Positions 1 through 7,853 of a DNA stretch of 64,000 bases are shown here, one piece after another. How positions within the stretch are numbered: position 1 is the stretch's first letter; each line of letters begins with the position of its first letter. The translations under genes and the position numbers were made by a program. The stretch is from Planctomycetia bacterium (GTDB lineage: Bacteria; Planctomycetota; Planctomycetia; Pirellulales; UBA1268), in the NCBI GenBank assembly GCA_026401035.1, contig JAPLNR010000053.1, positions 89,451 to 153,450 on the forward strand, in the 5' to 3' direction. The notes beneath the pieces are model-generated. The model was not told where the DNA came from and searched no databases. It was given only the letters and a program-made list of their open reading frames with translations.

Positions 1-507
1 GATGCGGCTGGCGGTGACGACGAGCAGGTATTCATCGTGGCGCAGGGCGAGCCGCGGAGCCCAGCGGCGACTGACGACCGCAAACGCCCGGCTGTAGCCA
101 CAACAAAACCAGTTCAGGCCGATCGTGCGGCACTGCCGCATGCCGAGCCGGCGGGCCAGCTGCCGGGCGGCATGACGCGGCCGTTCATTCGCCGCCTGTT
201 CAGGGTCGAGATGTCGCCTTGCTATCGCTGGCGGAATGAAGGAGGGCGACACGAACACGATGCCGCGGCAGTCTGCCAGGTCGCAGCCGGTTTCCCGCTG
301 GAGCCGGCGGACGGCGTGCTGGCCCATCGTCACCTCGTCTTCGAGCGAGATCCCGCGGGCCTCGATCCCGGTGTGATGGGCGAATTTGCGGGGCATCGTT
401 TCGCCAAACCAGTCGTTCTCCAGTTCCCAGGCAGACTGGTGCACTGAGATCGCCGAAATACCGAGGGGCGGATGGTTGTGCGCGTCCATGCGTGGCTCGT
501 GTTTCAT
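1..507 (-). CDS. FabH/KAS III-like condensing enzyme (thiolase fold); 5' part only, gene continues past the left edge
   Basis: Not in the ORF track because the frame is open to the window edge. My minus-strand translation from ATG 507 reads MKHEPRMDAHNHPPLGISAISVHQSAWELENDWFGETMPRKFAHHTGIEARGISLEDEVTMGQHAVRRLQRETGCDLADCRGIVFVSPSF...GLNWFCCGYSRAF. The order TGI-x-R, then a small helix, then a Cys in the N-W-F-C-C-G-Y context matches the N-terminal half of KAS III-type enzymes. Confidence 0.5.
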   Translation of the reverse strand, partial: MKHEPRMDAHNHPPLGISAISVHQSAWELENDWFGETMPRKFAHHTGIEARGISLEDEVTMGQHAVRRLQRETGCDLADCRGIVFVSPSFIPPAIARRHLDPEQAANERPRHAARQLARRLGMRQCRTIGLNWFCCGYSRAFAVVSRRWAPRLALRHDEYLLVVTASRI

Positions 508-975
508 CGGAAACCCATCGAAGCCGCCGCCGGCGGCGGGGCAGGGGACGGGGAGTGTGGCGTTCGACGGCCACCAAGGCCAGCGAGAAATTACCCGAGT
601 ATTCCCCGGCTGAATGCGCTTCCGTGAGGGAGCTTCGCAGCCCCGTCTGTGAGCCGGGAGCACAAAAGTTCTTGTCCCTCGAAGGGGTGTGCCAGGCAGC
701 GGCCTCGTGCGGCACGCTTCCCATCGGCGGAGACGCCAGACACCCGCCAACCGCTCGTTGAGTCATCCCGGTCACCGCGTGTGACCCGGCAAACGATTGC
801 AGAAGTGCCGGTGACTGTTCTATCCTTCGATCTGGCGGCTGCCCGGCACGTGACGGCGGCCCCGCACCGTTCCCGGAAAGAAACTTGCGATGGCAGGATC
901 CGGCGCGGTGCCGGCTCACGGCCATAACATCTTCGAGGTCCGCGCCACCGCGTGATCACGCACCTGCCGCGGTCG

Positions 976-2967
976 CTACGGGTGGAATCCGACGGGCGAC
1001 GCCGTCTGCGCCAGCGCGTTCGTGCGGTAGAGCTCGATGAGCCGCTCAAGCAGTTCGATCTCGCAGCGGCACTGCTCACCTGCCTCGGTGTCGGCGATGC
1101 GCCGCGGTTGCTCTCGCTCGCGGACGACGGTGATGGTCGGGATGATGTCGACTCCGTCGCGGACGGCTGCGTCGATCGAGTCGAAGTGGTGGTGCAGTGC
1201 CAGCAGCGTCCGGTCGGCCTCCTGCACGAGCGTGTAGCCCCGGTCGCCGTAGGCCTCCGAAAACGCGCCGTCGATCGTGATCGCCTTGCCGCTCCGCTTC
1301 AGCGGTGATTCGCCAGCCTCGATTTTCACCGGCACGTGGCCGTTGACGATCAGCCCCTCCACCGGATCGACGCCAAACTCCGCCAGCACCTTCTCGCAGA
1401 ACCACGGCTCGTGGATGAGCGTGAAGTATGGATCCTTCGTCTCGTGGTGCGTCCGCTCGTCGGCAACGAAGCACCGCTCGAACGTCGTGATGCGGTCCTT
1501 GCCAAAGAGCGGCGACCGCGGCCCGCTCCAGAGGTACCAGAGCACATCGAGCTGCTCCGGTCGGCGCTCCTCGAGCGCCCGGATCACGGTGCGCTGGATC
1601 TCGTCGTAGAGTTCCCGGCCACGATGCATGCGGCCCTCTATCGGCATCGGCAAAAACTCTCCCCGTTGATCGGAGGGGACGCAGCCATGGAAGATGAGAT
1701 GCTCATTGCGCCGCAGGGACATCGCTCCATGCCGCACGATCCAGCGCGCGTGCTCCCAGAGCTTTTGGCTGTGGAGAAACGAGTGCCGCATCCGGGCCAG
1801 GCAATCGGCCTCCTCCGGCGAGAGCCGATAGGGGTCGGCCGGATCGATCGTCGGAAACCGCGTGTCGCGGAGCGGATAGACACCGCCGTCGCAGGCCACC
1901 GTGCCGGCCGCGAAGTCGATGCGGTGCAGAAGCCGCCGATCGTCCATGCCCCACTCCGGGTGCCTCGCGATGAGCGGCCCCTCCAGCTTGAACTGCAGGA
2001 TCGCCGCTGCCTTGTGCATCCGGGCGACGAGGTCGTCCGGCCGCAGGCCCGACACCGTCGGCCGGAAAAAGGTGCAGGGATCGCCGGCATAGGCCGTAGC
2101 GGCCAGGTGTTCCAGCGGCGCCGTGGGAATGCTGTAGCCCTCGTCGATCTGGCCAATCCGCCGGTAGCGGAGTGAAATCCGCAGCACGTGGCAGATCAGT
2201 GGCTCGTGGCCGAGGCATGCGCCCAGCCAGGCGACGTCGTGGTTGCCCCAGACGAAGGACACGTTGGGCTGGTGCCGCAGGTAGTCGACCACGCGGTCGC
2301 CCCGCGGCCCCCGGTCCCAGCAGTCGCCGGCGATGATCAGTTCGTGCACGGCAAGATTGCGGACCAGCCGGCACGTGATGTGCACCAGATGCAACGCCCG
2401 ACCGCGCCGTAGCAACTGGTCGACGATCGCGTCGATGAATTCGCGGCCGCGGTCGGCCGTCGGCTCGTGCAGGAGCTCGGCGTAGAGTTCCACGTATTCC
2501 GGCGGGAAGACCCGCAGCGCCCGCTTAAAGCTGTAGCGGGCGGCGAGCACGCGAACGAGCTCGAAGAGGTGCTGCAGCGTCCGCCGCGAGAATTCCCGCA
2601 CCTGCTCCTGGTCGGTCGCCTCGGCTTCGAGCCGCTCCGTGACCGCGGCCGGATAGAAGATGAGCGTGAGGAAGGCCTGAAATTCCTCCGGCGTCAGGCG
2701 GTCGCGAAACAGCCGCTCCACCAGCGGCCGCAACGTGCCCGATGCGTTGTTGATGATGTGGCGGAGCTTGCGGTGCTCGCCATGCACGTCGCTGATGACG
2801 TGGATGGTACCCATCGGCAGGGTGAGGATCGCCGACAGCCGCGCGATCTCGGCATACGCCGCGTCGATGTTGGGGAACTGCCGCGCCAATGGCCTCAGGA
2901 GCACCAGTTCGCGCTGGGTGGGCCGCCCGTCAGACTCATTCTGGCCGGTGCCGGTCGTTGGGTGCAT
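976..2967 (-). CDS. fbp: fructose-1,6-bisphosphatase, class 3 (Bacillus Fbp type)
   Basis: ORF 976..3234 trimmed to Met90 (ATG at 2967), because the upstream 89 codons read through a tRNA fragment. Metallophosphoesterase blocks HVISDVHGE, GDCWDRGP, WGNHD, LIFHGCVP, WYLWSGP..LFGK and VNGHVPV plus a ~660-aa length fit class 3 FBPase. Confidence 0.9.
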   Translation of the reverse strand: MHPTTGTGQNESDGRPTQRELVLLRPLARQFPNIDAAYAEIARLSAILTLPMGTIHVISDVHGEHRKLRHIINNASGTLRPLVERLFRDRLTPEEFQAFLTLIFYPAAVTERLEAEATDQEQVREFSRRTLQHLFELVRVLAARYSFKRALRVFPPEYVELYAELLHEPTADRGREFIDAIVDQLLRRGRALHLVHITCRLVRNLAVHELIIAGDCWDRGPRGDRVVDYLRHQPNVSFVWGNHDVAWLGACLGHEPLICHVLRISLRYRRIGQIDEGYSIPTAPLEHLAATAYAGDPCTFFRPTVSGLRPDDLVARMHKAAAILQFKLEGPLIARHPEWGMDDRRLLHRIDFAAGTVACDGGVYPLRDTRFPTIDPADPYRLSPEEADCLARMRHSFLHSQKLWEHARWIVRHGAMSLRRNEHLIFHGCVPSDQRGEFLPMPIEGRMHRGRELYDEIQRTVIRALEERRPEQLDVLWYLWSGPRSPLFGKDRITTFERCFVADERTHHETKDPYFTLIHEPWFCEKVLAEFGVDPVEGLIVNGHVPVKIEAGESPLKRSGKAITIDGAFSEAYGDRGYTLVQEADRTLLALHHHFDSIDAAVRDGVDIIPTITVVREREQPRRIADTEAGEQCRCEIELLERLIELYRTNALAQTASPVGFHP

Positions 2968-3043
2968 GGGGAGGTCCGACTTGTTGCGGCGACGCGCCGA
3001 GAGACTAACATCCTCCCCGTTTCTAATCCCTACTTTACTAGAG

Positions 3044-3096
3044 TACCGGAGGAGGGACTTGAACCCGCACGCCCTTGCGGGTAACGGATTGTGAGT
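3044..3096 (-). repeat. orphan copy of the 3' half of tRNA-Leu (att-like direct repeat of 5258..5310)
   Basis: 50 of 53 nt are identical to the anticodon-loop-to-discriminator part of the intact tRNA at 5258..5340. There is no matching 5' half (D-arm or acceptor 5' strand), so it cannot fold as a tRNA. Confidence 0.85.
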
Positions 3097-3245
3097 GCGA
3101 ATAGAACCCACAGTCAAGTCGCGCTCGTATCGCGATTGTGCAAATTCCTCGGGAAGGGCGCGTGTGGCTCGGCGCGTGATTCCTGCGCCAAAACGCCTGC
3201 GCCTAACACTTTGCCTAACAGTTTCGGGCCCCACGGGAACCGCCG

Positions 3246-3431
3246 TCAGGCCGCCTGCCGGATGACGTCCAGATAGGCCCTCCAGACCCGCGAGTAGGCG
3301 CAGCCCCAGGCCTCGTCATGGCAGGCGCGGTCGAACTCCACGGGATTGATCCCCGGCGTCTTGGCCAGCCGGTCGAGTGAAAAGTTCCAGGCCAGCGCGT
3401 GCGCCCATTCGTGGCAGAGCACCTCGACGGC
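3246..3431 (-). pseudogene. remnant of an HExxH metallopeptidase-like gene (possibly ImmA/IrrE-like), interrupted by an in-frame TAG
   Basis: My translation gives AVEVLCHEWAHALAWNFSLDRLAKTPGINPVEFDRACHDEAWGCAYSRVWRAYLDVIRQAA*. It is preceded in frame by TAG (3432..3434) and then ...MSIAGTLLAGYRPPPAGPRRAAIQVLLNDEMGEP. There is no usable start codon; it lies inside the tRNA-bounded islet. Confidence 0.3.
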
Positions 3432-3789
3432 CTACGGTTCACCCATTTCATCGTTGAGCAGGACCTGGATTGCTGCGCGACGGGGGCCTGCTGGCGGGGG
3501 GCGGTATCCCGCGAGTAGTGTGCCGGCGATCGACATCCACAGCCTCTGACCCCAGCCCGACGCGAGAAATCCACGAAGCCGCCAGGCGGCCGGACTCGGA
3601 GAGACTCTGCGCCGACGTCAGAAAAACGCCACTGCAGGGGGCAGGGCAGCCGTTCCGGTTGCCGCCAATTGGGTGCCGGGAAACGCCGCACCAGCCGCAC
3701 CATCCGCCCATCAGCTCGAAAATGGCTGCGGACATGCTGGCGGAAGTGCCATTGGCCGGGCTATCCTTAGCGAACCCTAGAAACATGCG

Positions 3790-4005
3790 GTGCTTGCAAT
3801 GGATGCCGTGACTCCCCGATATGTCGTTGATGAACAGCAGGTGCCAACCGACGTGGTGCTTTCGATCGAGCAATGGCACCAGATCGTCGAGGAACTTCAC
3901 GAACTCGCCGATATTCGTGCCTACGACGAAGCAAAGTCGTGCCCACAGGAATCCATATCCCTTGAAAGTCTTGCGCGGAAACTACGGGCCGGGCGGGGAT
4001 CGTGA
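3790..4005 (+). CDS. type II antitoxin (Phd/YefM- or RelB-like) partner of the RelE/ParE toxin
   Basis: 71-aa ORF (GTG 3790, alternative ATG 3799) with an acidic helix ...WHQIVEELHELADIRAYDEAK.... Its stop overlaps the toxin start by 4 nt (GTGA). Confidence 0.7.
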   Translation: MLAMDAVTPRYVVDEQQVPTDVVLSIEQWHQIVEELHELADIRAYDEAKSCPQESISLESLARKLRAGRGS

Positions 4006-4256
4006 AGTACTCGGTCGACGTTCTGCGGTCAGCGCAGAAGCTTCTCGAAAAGCTTTCTGCCGATCAGCAGGACCGAGTGCTCGCTGTACTCGAGAGTCTT
4101 GCCGAGGTCCCGCGGCCCGATGGCTGCAGGAAGCTTTCCGGCAGGGATGCTTGGCGGGTGCGCGTTGGAGACTACCGAGTCATCTACGAGGTTGCTGATG
4201 ACACCCGCCAAGTTACCGTTGTGGTGATTGCCAATCGCAAAGATGCCTATCGTTAG
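4002..4256 (+). CDS. RelE/ParE-family type II toxin
   Basis: 84 aa. The C-terminal block WRVRVGDYRVIYEVADDTRQVTVVVIANRKDAYR is the RelE/ParE signature, and the gene is translationally coupled to the upstream antitoxin. Confidence 0.85.
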   Translation: MKYSVDVLRSAQKLLEKLSADQQDRVLAVLESLAEVPRPDGCRKLSGRDAWRVRVGDYRVIYEVADDTRQVTVVVIANRKDAYR

Positions 4257-4718
4257 CTTCAGGCTACTTGATCCCCGTCAGCCACGCAGCCGCTGCCTGG
4301 CGAGCCGGCGGATGTTCTTCTCGTAGATCTTCCGGCGGTCGGCCTCCGGGATGTCGAGTGAGTCGATCGCAGCGATGATCTCGCGGGACCGTCCAGAGAA
4401 ATCTACCACGACTACCACGCGACCCGCCTCATCCATGCGGCGGCCGACATCAAGGCCTGGTCAGAATGGCGAGCGAGCATGGCCGATCATCTGATCGAGG
4501 GCCAAGTCAAGGAAGGCGACGACGCAGGCAGTTGGCAGGCGCACGAAAGACTTGACAGAGCATGGTTTTCTTCTGGGCCGTTGGCGTCGACCTCCCTCGC
4601 GGCCCTCACCCTCGCCGAGCCGCTCGACCGCATGATGCTCAGAGCAAAGTAATCACGCCTGCTTGCAGGCAATGGCAAATGGCCGGCAACTTTTGATTTC
4701 TTGAGTGCTGGGCACTGG

Positions 4719-4979
4719 TCACGTCGGACCGTAGGCATCCTTGCGGTGGCGGATGACTCGAATCTTGACGATCAACTGCGTGTCGTCGATCGCGTGAATG
4801 ATCCGGTAGTCACCGACTCGAACCCGCCACAGGTCATCGCCACCCCGCAATTTCTTGCAACCAGTCGGTCGTAGCCGCGTGGAAAGCGAGTCGACCTTCG
4901 CAGCGACACGGTCGATGATCTGGTCGGGCAGTGCCTCGAGTTCCTTGACGGCGGACCTTCCGATCCGCACCTCATGCAC
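4719..4979 (-). CDS. RelE/ParE-family type II toxin (second copy)
   Basis: 86 aa with a GTG start. WRVRVGDYRIIHAIDDTQLIVKIRVIRHRKDAY is a paralogue-like match to the toxin at 4002..4256. Confidence 0.85.
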   Translation of the reverse strand: MHEVRIGRSAVKELEALPDQIIDRVAAKVDSLSTRLRPTGCKKLRGGDDLWRVRVGDYRIIHAIDDTQLIVKIRVIRHRKDAYGPT

Positions 4980-5202
4980 GACGACGGCCCTTCTTCAGGC
5001 GGCCGACCTTCTCCAGTCGGGATCGGACCGTCGCCCAACTCTGACTTGGCTCGCGCTCCCGCGACCTGGCGGTGGCAACATCAAGGATGTCTTCCCAAAG
5101 GCCGCTCCCTTGCCGGAGATCGATCATCACGGCGGTCTTGTGACCATGCTCGTCGAACAGGAACTTGACCCCGCGAATCATGAATGAGCCTCCGAGCCGC
5201 AC
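4972..5202 (-). CDS. type II antitoxin partner of the second RelE/ParE toxin
   Basis: 76-aa ORF (alternative start ATG 5181, MIRGVKFLFDEHGHKTAVMIDL...). It overlaps the toxin start by 8 nt. Small size and antitoxin-first order support the call. Confidence 0.65.
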   Translation of the reverse strand: MRLGGSFMIRGVKFLFDEHGHKTAVMIDLRQGSGLWEDILDVATARSREREPSQSWATVRSRLEKVGRLKKGRRRA

Positions 5203-5257
5203 CTGGAAACCGAGCTCTTGATATTATCCGATCGCGACGGGAGGTGTTTTTCAGAAA

Positions 5258-5340
5258 TACCGGAGGAGGGACTTGAACCCACACGCCCTTGCGGGCAACG
5301 GATTTTGAGTCCGTCGCGTCTGCCATTTCGCCACTCCGGC
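5258..5340 (-). tRNA. tRNA-Leu (anticodon CAA), type II with long variable arm
   Basis: The reverse complement reads GCCGGAG TG GCGAAATGGCAGACGC G ACGGA CTCAAAA TCCGT TGCCCGCAAGGGCG .GTGGG TTCAAGT CCCTC CTCCGGT A. This gives a 7-bp acceptor (G1-U72), anticodon loop CU-CAA-AA, a variable stem-loop GCCC/GGGC, a GTTCAAG T-loop and discriminator A. One U-U mismatch occurs in the T stem. Confidence 0.85.
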
Positions 5341-5466
5341 TCGTGAGAGGCCTCGCCGAACCGTCGAGATTAAGCCAGCGGCCGCGGTTTTGCCAGCACT
5401 GCTCTCCGCAGCGGGCGATTGTCCATGGTAGGGTTTTCGACGGAAGTTTTTTCGAGAGGGCGATCC

Positions 5467-6711
5467 ATGCAGGTGCTCGTATTTGAAGATGGCGGCGTCG
5501 ATCGGCTGGGCGTGCTCACGGCCGCACGGCCGGCCTGCGACCTCACGATCGGTGCGGTCACGCTCTGCGAGGCCCTCGGCCATCTCGGCAGCGTGCGGCG
5601 GGTCGTGCGGCCATATCTGGCGCGGCATATCGCGGCCCTCGCCGGTCGCCGCGTCACGCTCTGGGGCGCCGTCGCTCCCGTTGACCATGGAGAGCCGCCG
5701 GCGTCGACGCACGGTGCGATCGCCCTGGTCGTGAACGCCCGCGCGATTCCCAGCCGCACCACCATGCAGACGCTGCGCAGCCTCGTCGAGGCCGGGCACC
5801 GCGGCAGCGTGCGGCAGGGCGCCGACCTGGCGGCAGCCGTGCTGCACCTGACTGCCGATGGCGGGGGGCCTGACGACAGAGCGTGGAACAACCTGCTCGA
5901 GACCGGCTCGACCGCTGCCATCGAGGCGCTCAAGAACGCTGATCTTGATTCCGAACTCGAACTGCTGCACCAACCGCACGACGTGGCCTCCGCCCACGAG
6001 CAGGCAATCACCGGCAGCCTCGCGATGCTGATCGACTCGGGCCGCTTTCATGAGGTACGACCCGGGCTCTTCGTGGCCGAGGGCGCGAAGGTCGCCGAGC
6101 AGGTCGTCGTGCGGCAGGGACCGGTGGTGGTCGATGCCGGCGCGGAGATCGCGCCCTTCGTCTGCCTCGACGGGCCGGTCTTCATCGGCCGTCGGGCGCG
6201 CGTGAACCCGCATGCCTGGATCCGCGCGGCCACGGCGATCGGCGTTGAATGCCGCGCCGGCGGCGAGATCGAGGCGACCGTTATGGAGCCCTTTTCCAAC
6301 AAGCCCCACGATGGCTTTCTCGGCCACAGCCACGTGGGCAGCTGGGTGAACATCGCGGCGGGCACGATCACGAGCAACCTGAAGGCAACGTATGGCCCGA
6401 TCCGTCTGCATACGCCGCTGCCCGACGGCGGCCGGGAAACGATCCACACCGGCAGGCAGTTTCTGGGCGCAATGATCGGCGACTTCGCGAAGACGGCGAT
6501 CAATGCGTCGATCCCCTGCGGGGCCCGGATCGGCGTCGCCGCGACGGTCGGAGGCACGGTGCCCGAGGTGGTGCCCGCCTTTTCCAACGCACTCATCGAC
6601 GGCCACTCGACAGCCGATCAGGCCGCGACGATCCTCGAACGGATGATGGCCCGCCGGGGCCTGACGCTGCTGCCGGCCGACCGGGAACTGCTGGACGAGC
6701 TTGCCACGTAG
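5467..6711 (+). CDS. putative sugar nucleotidyltransferase, GlmU-like, with C-terminal left-handed beta-helix
   Basis: ORF 5419..6711 trimmed to ATG 5467 (MQVLVFEDGGVDRLGVLTAARPACDLTIGAVTL...). The C-terminal third shows hexapeptide-repeat character (GPVVVDAGAEIAPFVCLDGPVFIGRRARVNPHAWI...IGVECRAGGEIE...VGSWVNIAAGTITSN). Confidence 0.6.
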   Translation: MQVLVFEDGGVDRLGVLTAARPACDLTIGAVTLCEALGHLGSVRRVVRPYLARHIAALAGRRVTLWGAVAPVDHGEPPASTHGAIALVVNARAIPSRTTMQTLRSLVEAGHRGSVRQGADLAAAVLHLTADGGGPDDRAWNNLLETGSTAAIEALKNADLDSELELLHQPHDVASAHEQAITGSLAMLIDSGRFHEVRPGLFVAEGAKVAEQVVVRQGPVVVDAGAEIAPFVCLDGPVFIGRRARVNPHAWIRAATAIGVECRAGGEIEATVMEPFSNKPHDGFLGHSHVGSWVNIAAGTITSNLKATYGPIRLHTPLPDGGRETIHTGRQFLGAMIGDFAKTAINASIPCGARIGVAATVGGTVPEVVPAFSNALIDGHSTADQAATILERMMARRGLTLLPADRELLDELAT

Positions 6712-6802
6712 GCCGGCGGCGACGAAACCGGCCATTCCGCTGGGGAACGGAGCGGTCTCCAAGTATTTCGCTTCGGAAGCTTGCGGGCTACGATAGAGAA
6801 CC

Positions 6803-7681
6803 ATGTCACTCACTGATGCCTATAGCAACGGTCGGTTCGGCCTGTCGTTTGAACTGTTTCCGCCCAAGACGCCTGAATCGGCTGCGCTGATGTGGCGGAC
6901 GGTCGACGACCTGATGGCCTTCGAGCCGGCCATGATCACCTGCACCTACGGCGCCGGCGGCTCCACCCGCGGCACCACGCTCGAGGTTCTCAGGGGCGTG
7001 CGGGAGCGGCACAGCCTGCCGGTGGCCAGCCACCTCACCTGCGTGGGCAGTTCCGTCGACGAACTCCGCGACTATCTGCAGGAGGCCATTACCCTGGGAG
7101 TGGCTGCGATCGTGGCCCTCCGCGGCGATCCTCCCAAGGGGGAAACCGAGTTTCGGCAGGCGGCGGGCGGCCTGCGTTATGCATCCGATCTCGTCGCGCT
7201 CATCCGCAGCGAGTTTCCCGCGCTGGGCATCCTCGTCGCCGGCTATCCGGAGACGCATCAGGAGGCGGTGAGCCCCGACGCCGATCTCGAAAACCTGAAA
7301 CGCAAGTGCGATGCCGGCGGCGACGTCGTCGTCACGCAGCTCTTCTACGAAAATGCCGACTTCTTCCGGTTTCGCGACCGCTGCACGGCGCTCGGCATCC
7401 GGCAGCCGATCGTGCCGGGCGTGATGCCCGTGACCAATTACGCACAGATCCGCCGTATCGCCACGCTCTGCAGGGCCAAGCTGCCCGACGCGTTCACGCA
7501 GGCCTTCGAAGCCGCCGGCGACGACGAGGCCGCCCAGTTCGAGGCGGGCGTCGACTTCGCCACCCGGCAGGTGCGGGAACTGCTCGACGCCGGCGTACCG
7601 GGCATCCATTTCTACGTGCTCAACAAGTCGCCGGCGACCGTGCGGGTGCTCGAGCAGGTGGATCTGCAAGGGACGCGCTGA
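6803..7681 (+). CDS. metF: methylenetetrahydrofolate reductase
   Basis: FSFELFPPKT, CTYGAGGSTRGTT, LRGDPP, GYPE.H and VTQLFYE blocks; 292 aa. Confidence 0.9.
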   Translation: MSLTDAYSNGRFGLSFELFPPKTPESAALMWRTVDDLMAFEPAMITCTYGAGGSTRGTTLEVLRGVRERHSLPVASHLTCVGSSVDELRDYLQEAITLGVAAIVALRGDPPKGETEFRQAAGGLRYASDLVALIRSEFPALGILVAGYPETHQEAVSPDADLENLKRKCDAGGDVVVTQLFYENADFFRFRDRCTALGIRQPIVPGVMPVTNYAQIRRIATLCRAKLPDAFTQAFEAAGDDEAAQFEAGVDFATRQVRELLDAGVPGIHFYVLNKSPATVRVLEQVDLQGTR

Positions 7682-7691
7682 GGGCAAGGCC

Positions 7692-7715
7692 GGCGACTCC
7701 CGTTGCCGAGTCGCC
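7692..7715 (+). terminator. hairpin immediately after metF (possible terminator; no U-tract)
   Basis: GGCGACTC-ccgttgcc-GAGTCGCC, a perfect 8-bp stem starting 11 nt after the metF stop. Its 3' arm runs into the palindromic element at 7712. Confidence 0.3.
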
Positions 7716-7837
7716 GGGATCGGCGGAAGCTCGACGAGCATTGGAGATTTCGCTCGGTCGAGCCAGCGCCGCCGCAACATGCCGGTGCGAAATATCCACG
7801 CGAGAAGACTTCTGCCGATCCCGGCGACCAATGCGGG
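7712..7837 (+). repeat. ~125-nt imperfect-palindrome intergenic element, copy A
   Basis: Outer stem 7712-7729 pairs with 7809-7826 (18 bp, one G-U). Inner stem 7743-7753 pairs with 7787-7797 (10 of 11). The conserved tail is ACCAATGCGGG. Homologous copies at 18438, 51990, 12442, 12551 and 44277. Confidence 0.85.
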
Positions 7838-7853
7838 CTATTCGCACGGAGCG

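Noticed and set aside
508-975. A 468-nt gap between the FabH-like gene and fbp. It was examined for an ncRNA (RNase P, 6S, SRP) and for real coding among ORFs 200-925, 492-761 and 649-927.
   Set aside because: No conserved ncRNA cores were recognised. The ORFs are overlapping, Arg/Ser/Pro-rich and mutually exclusive. Only small palindromes (for example GCGTGATCACGC near 943-954) were seen, which is not enough to call a feature.
3044-3096. A second tRNA-Leu gene.
   Set aside because: Only the 3' half is present. The sequence 3' of it on the plus strand (3097 onward) cannot form the anticodon stem, D-arm or acceptor 5' strand.
976-3234. The 752-aa form of the fbp ORF. Likewise the 564-aa form of 40678-42372 and the 867-aa form of 47415-50018.
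   Set aside because: The N-terminal extensions read through a tRNA fragment, a non-coding leader and the antisense of the sigma-factor gene respectively. Internal starts give products of normal length with signal peptides or conserved N-termini.
5251-6813. 520-aa minus-strand ORF opposite the GlmU-like gene, running through the tRNA-Leu.
   Set aside because: It reads through a tRNA gene (...GFKSLLRYF is tRNA translation) and has biased, motif-free composition. The plus frame shows hexapeptide-repeat structure.
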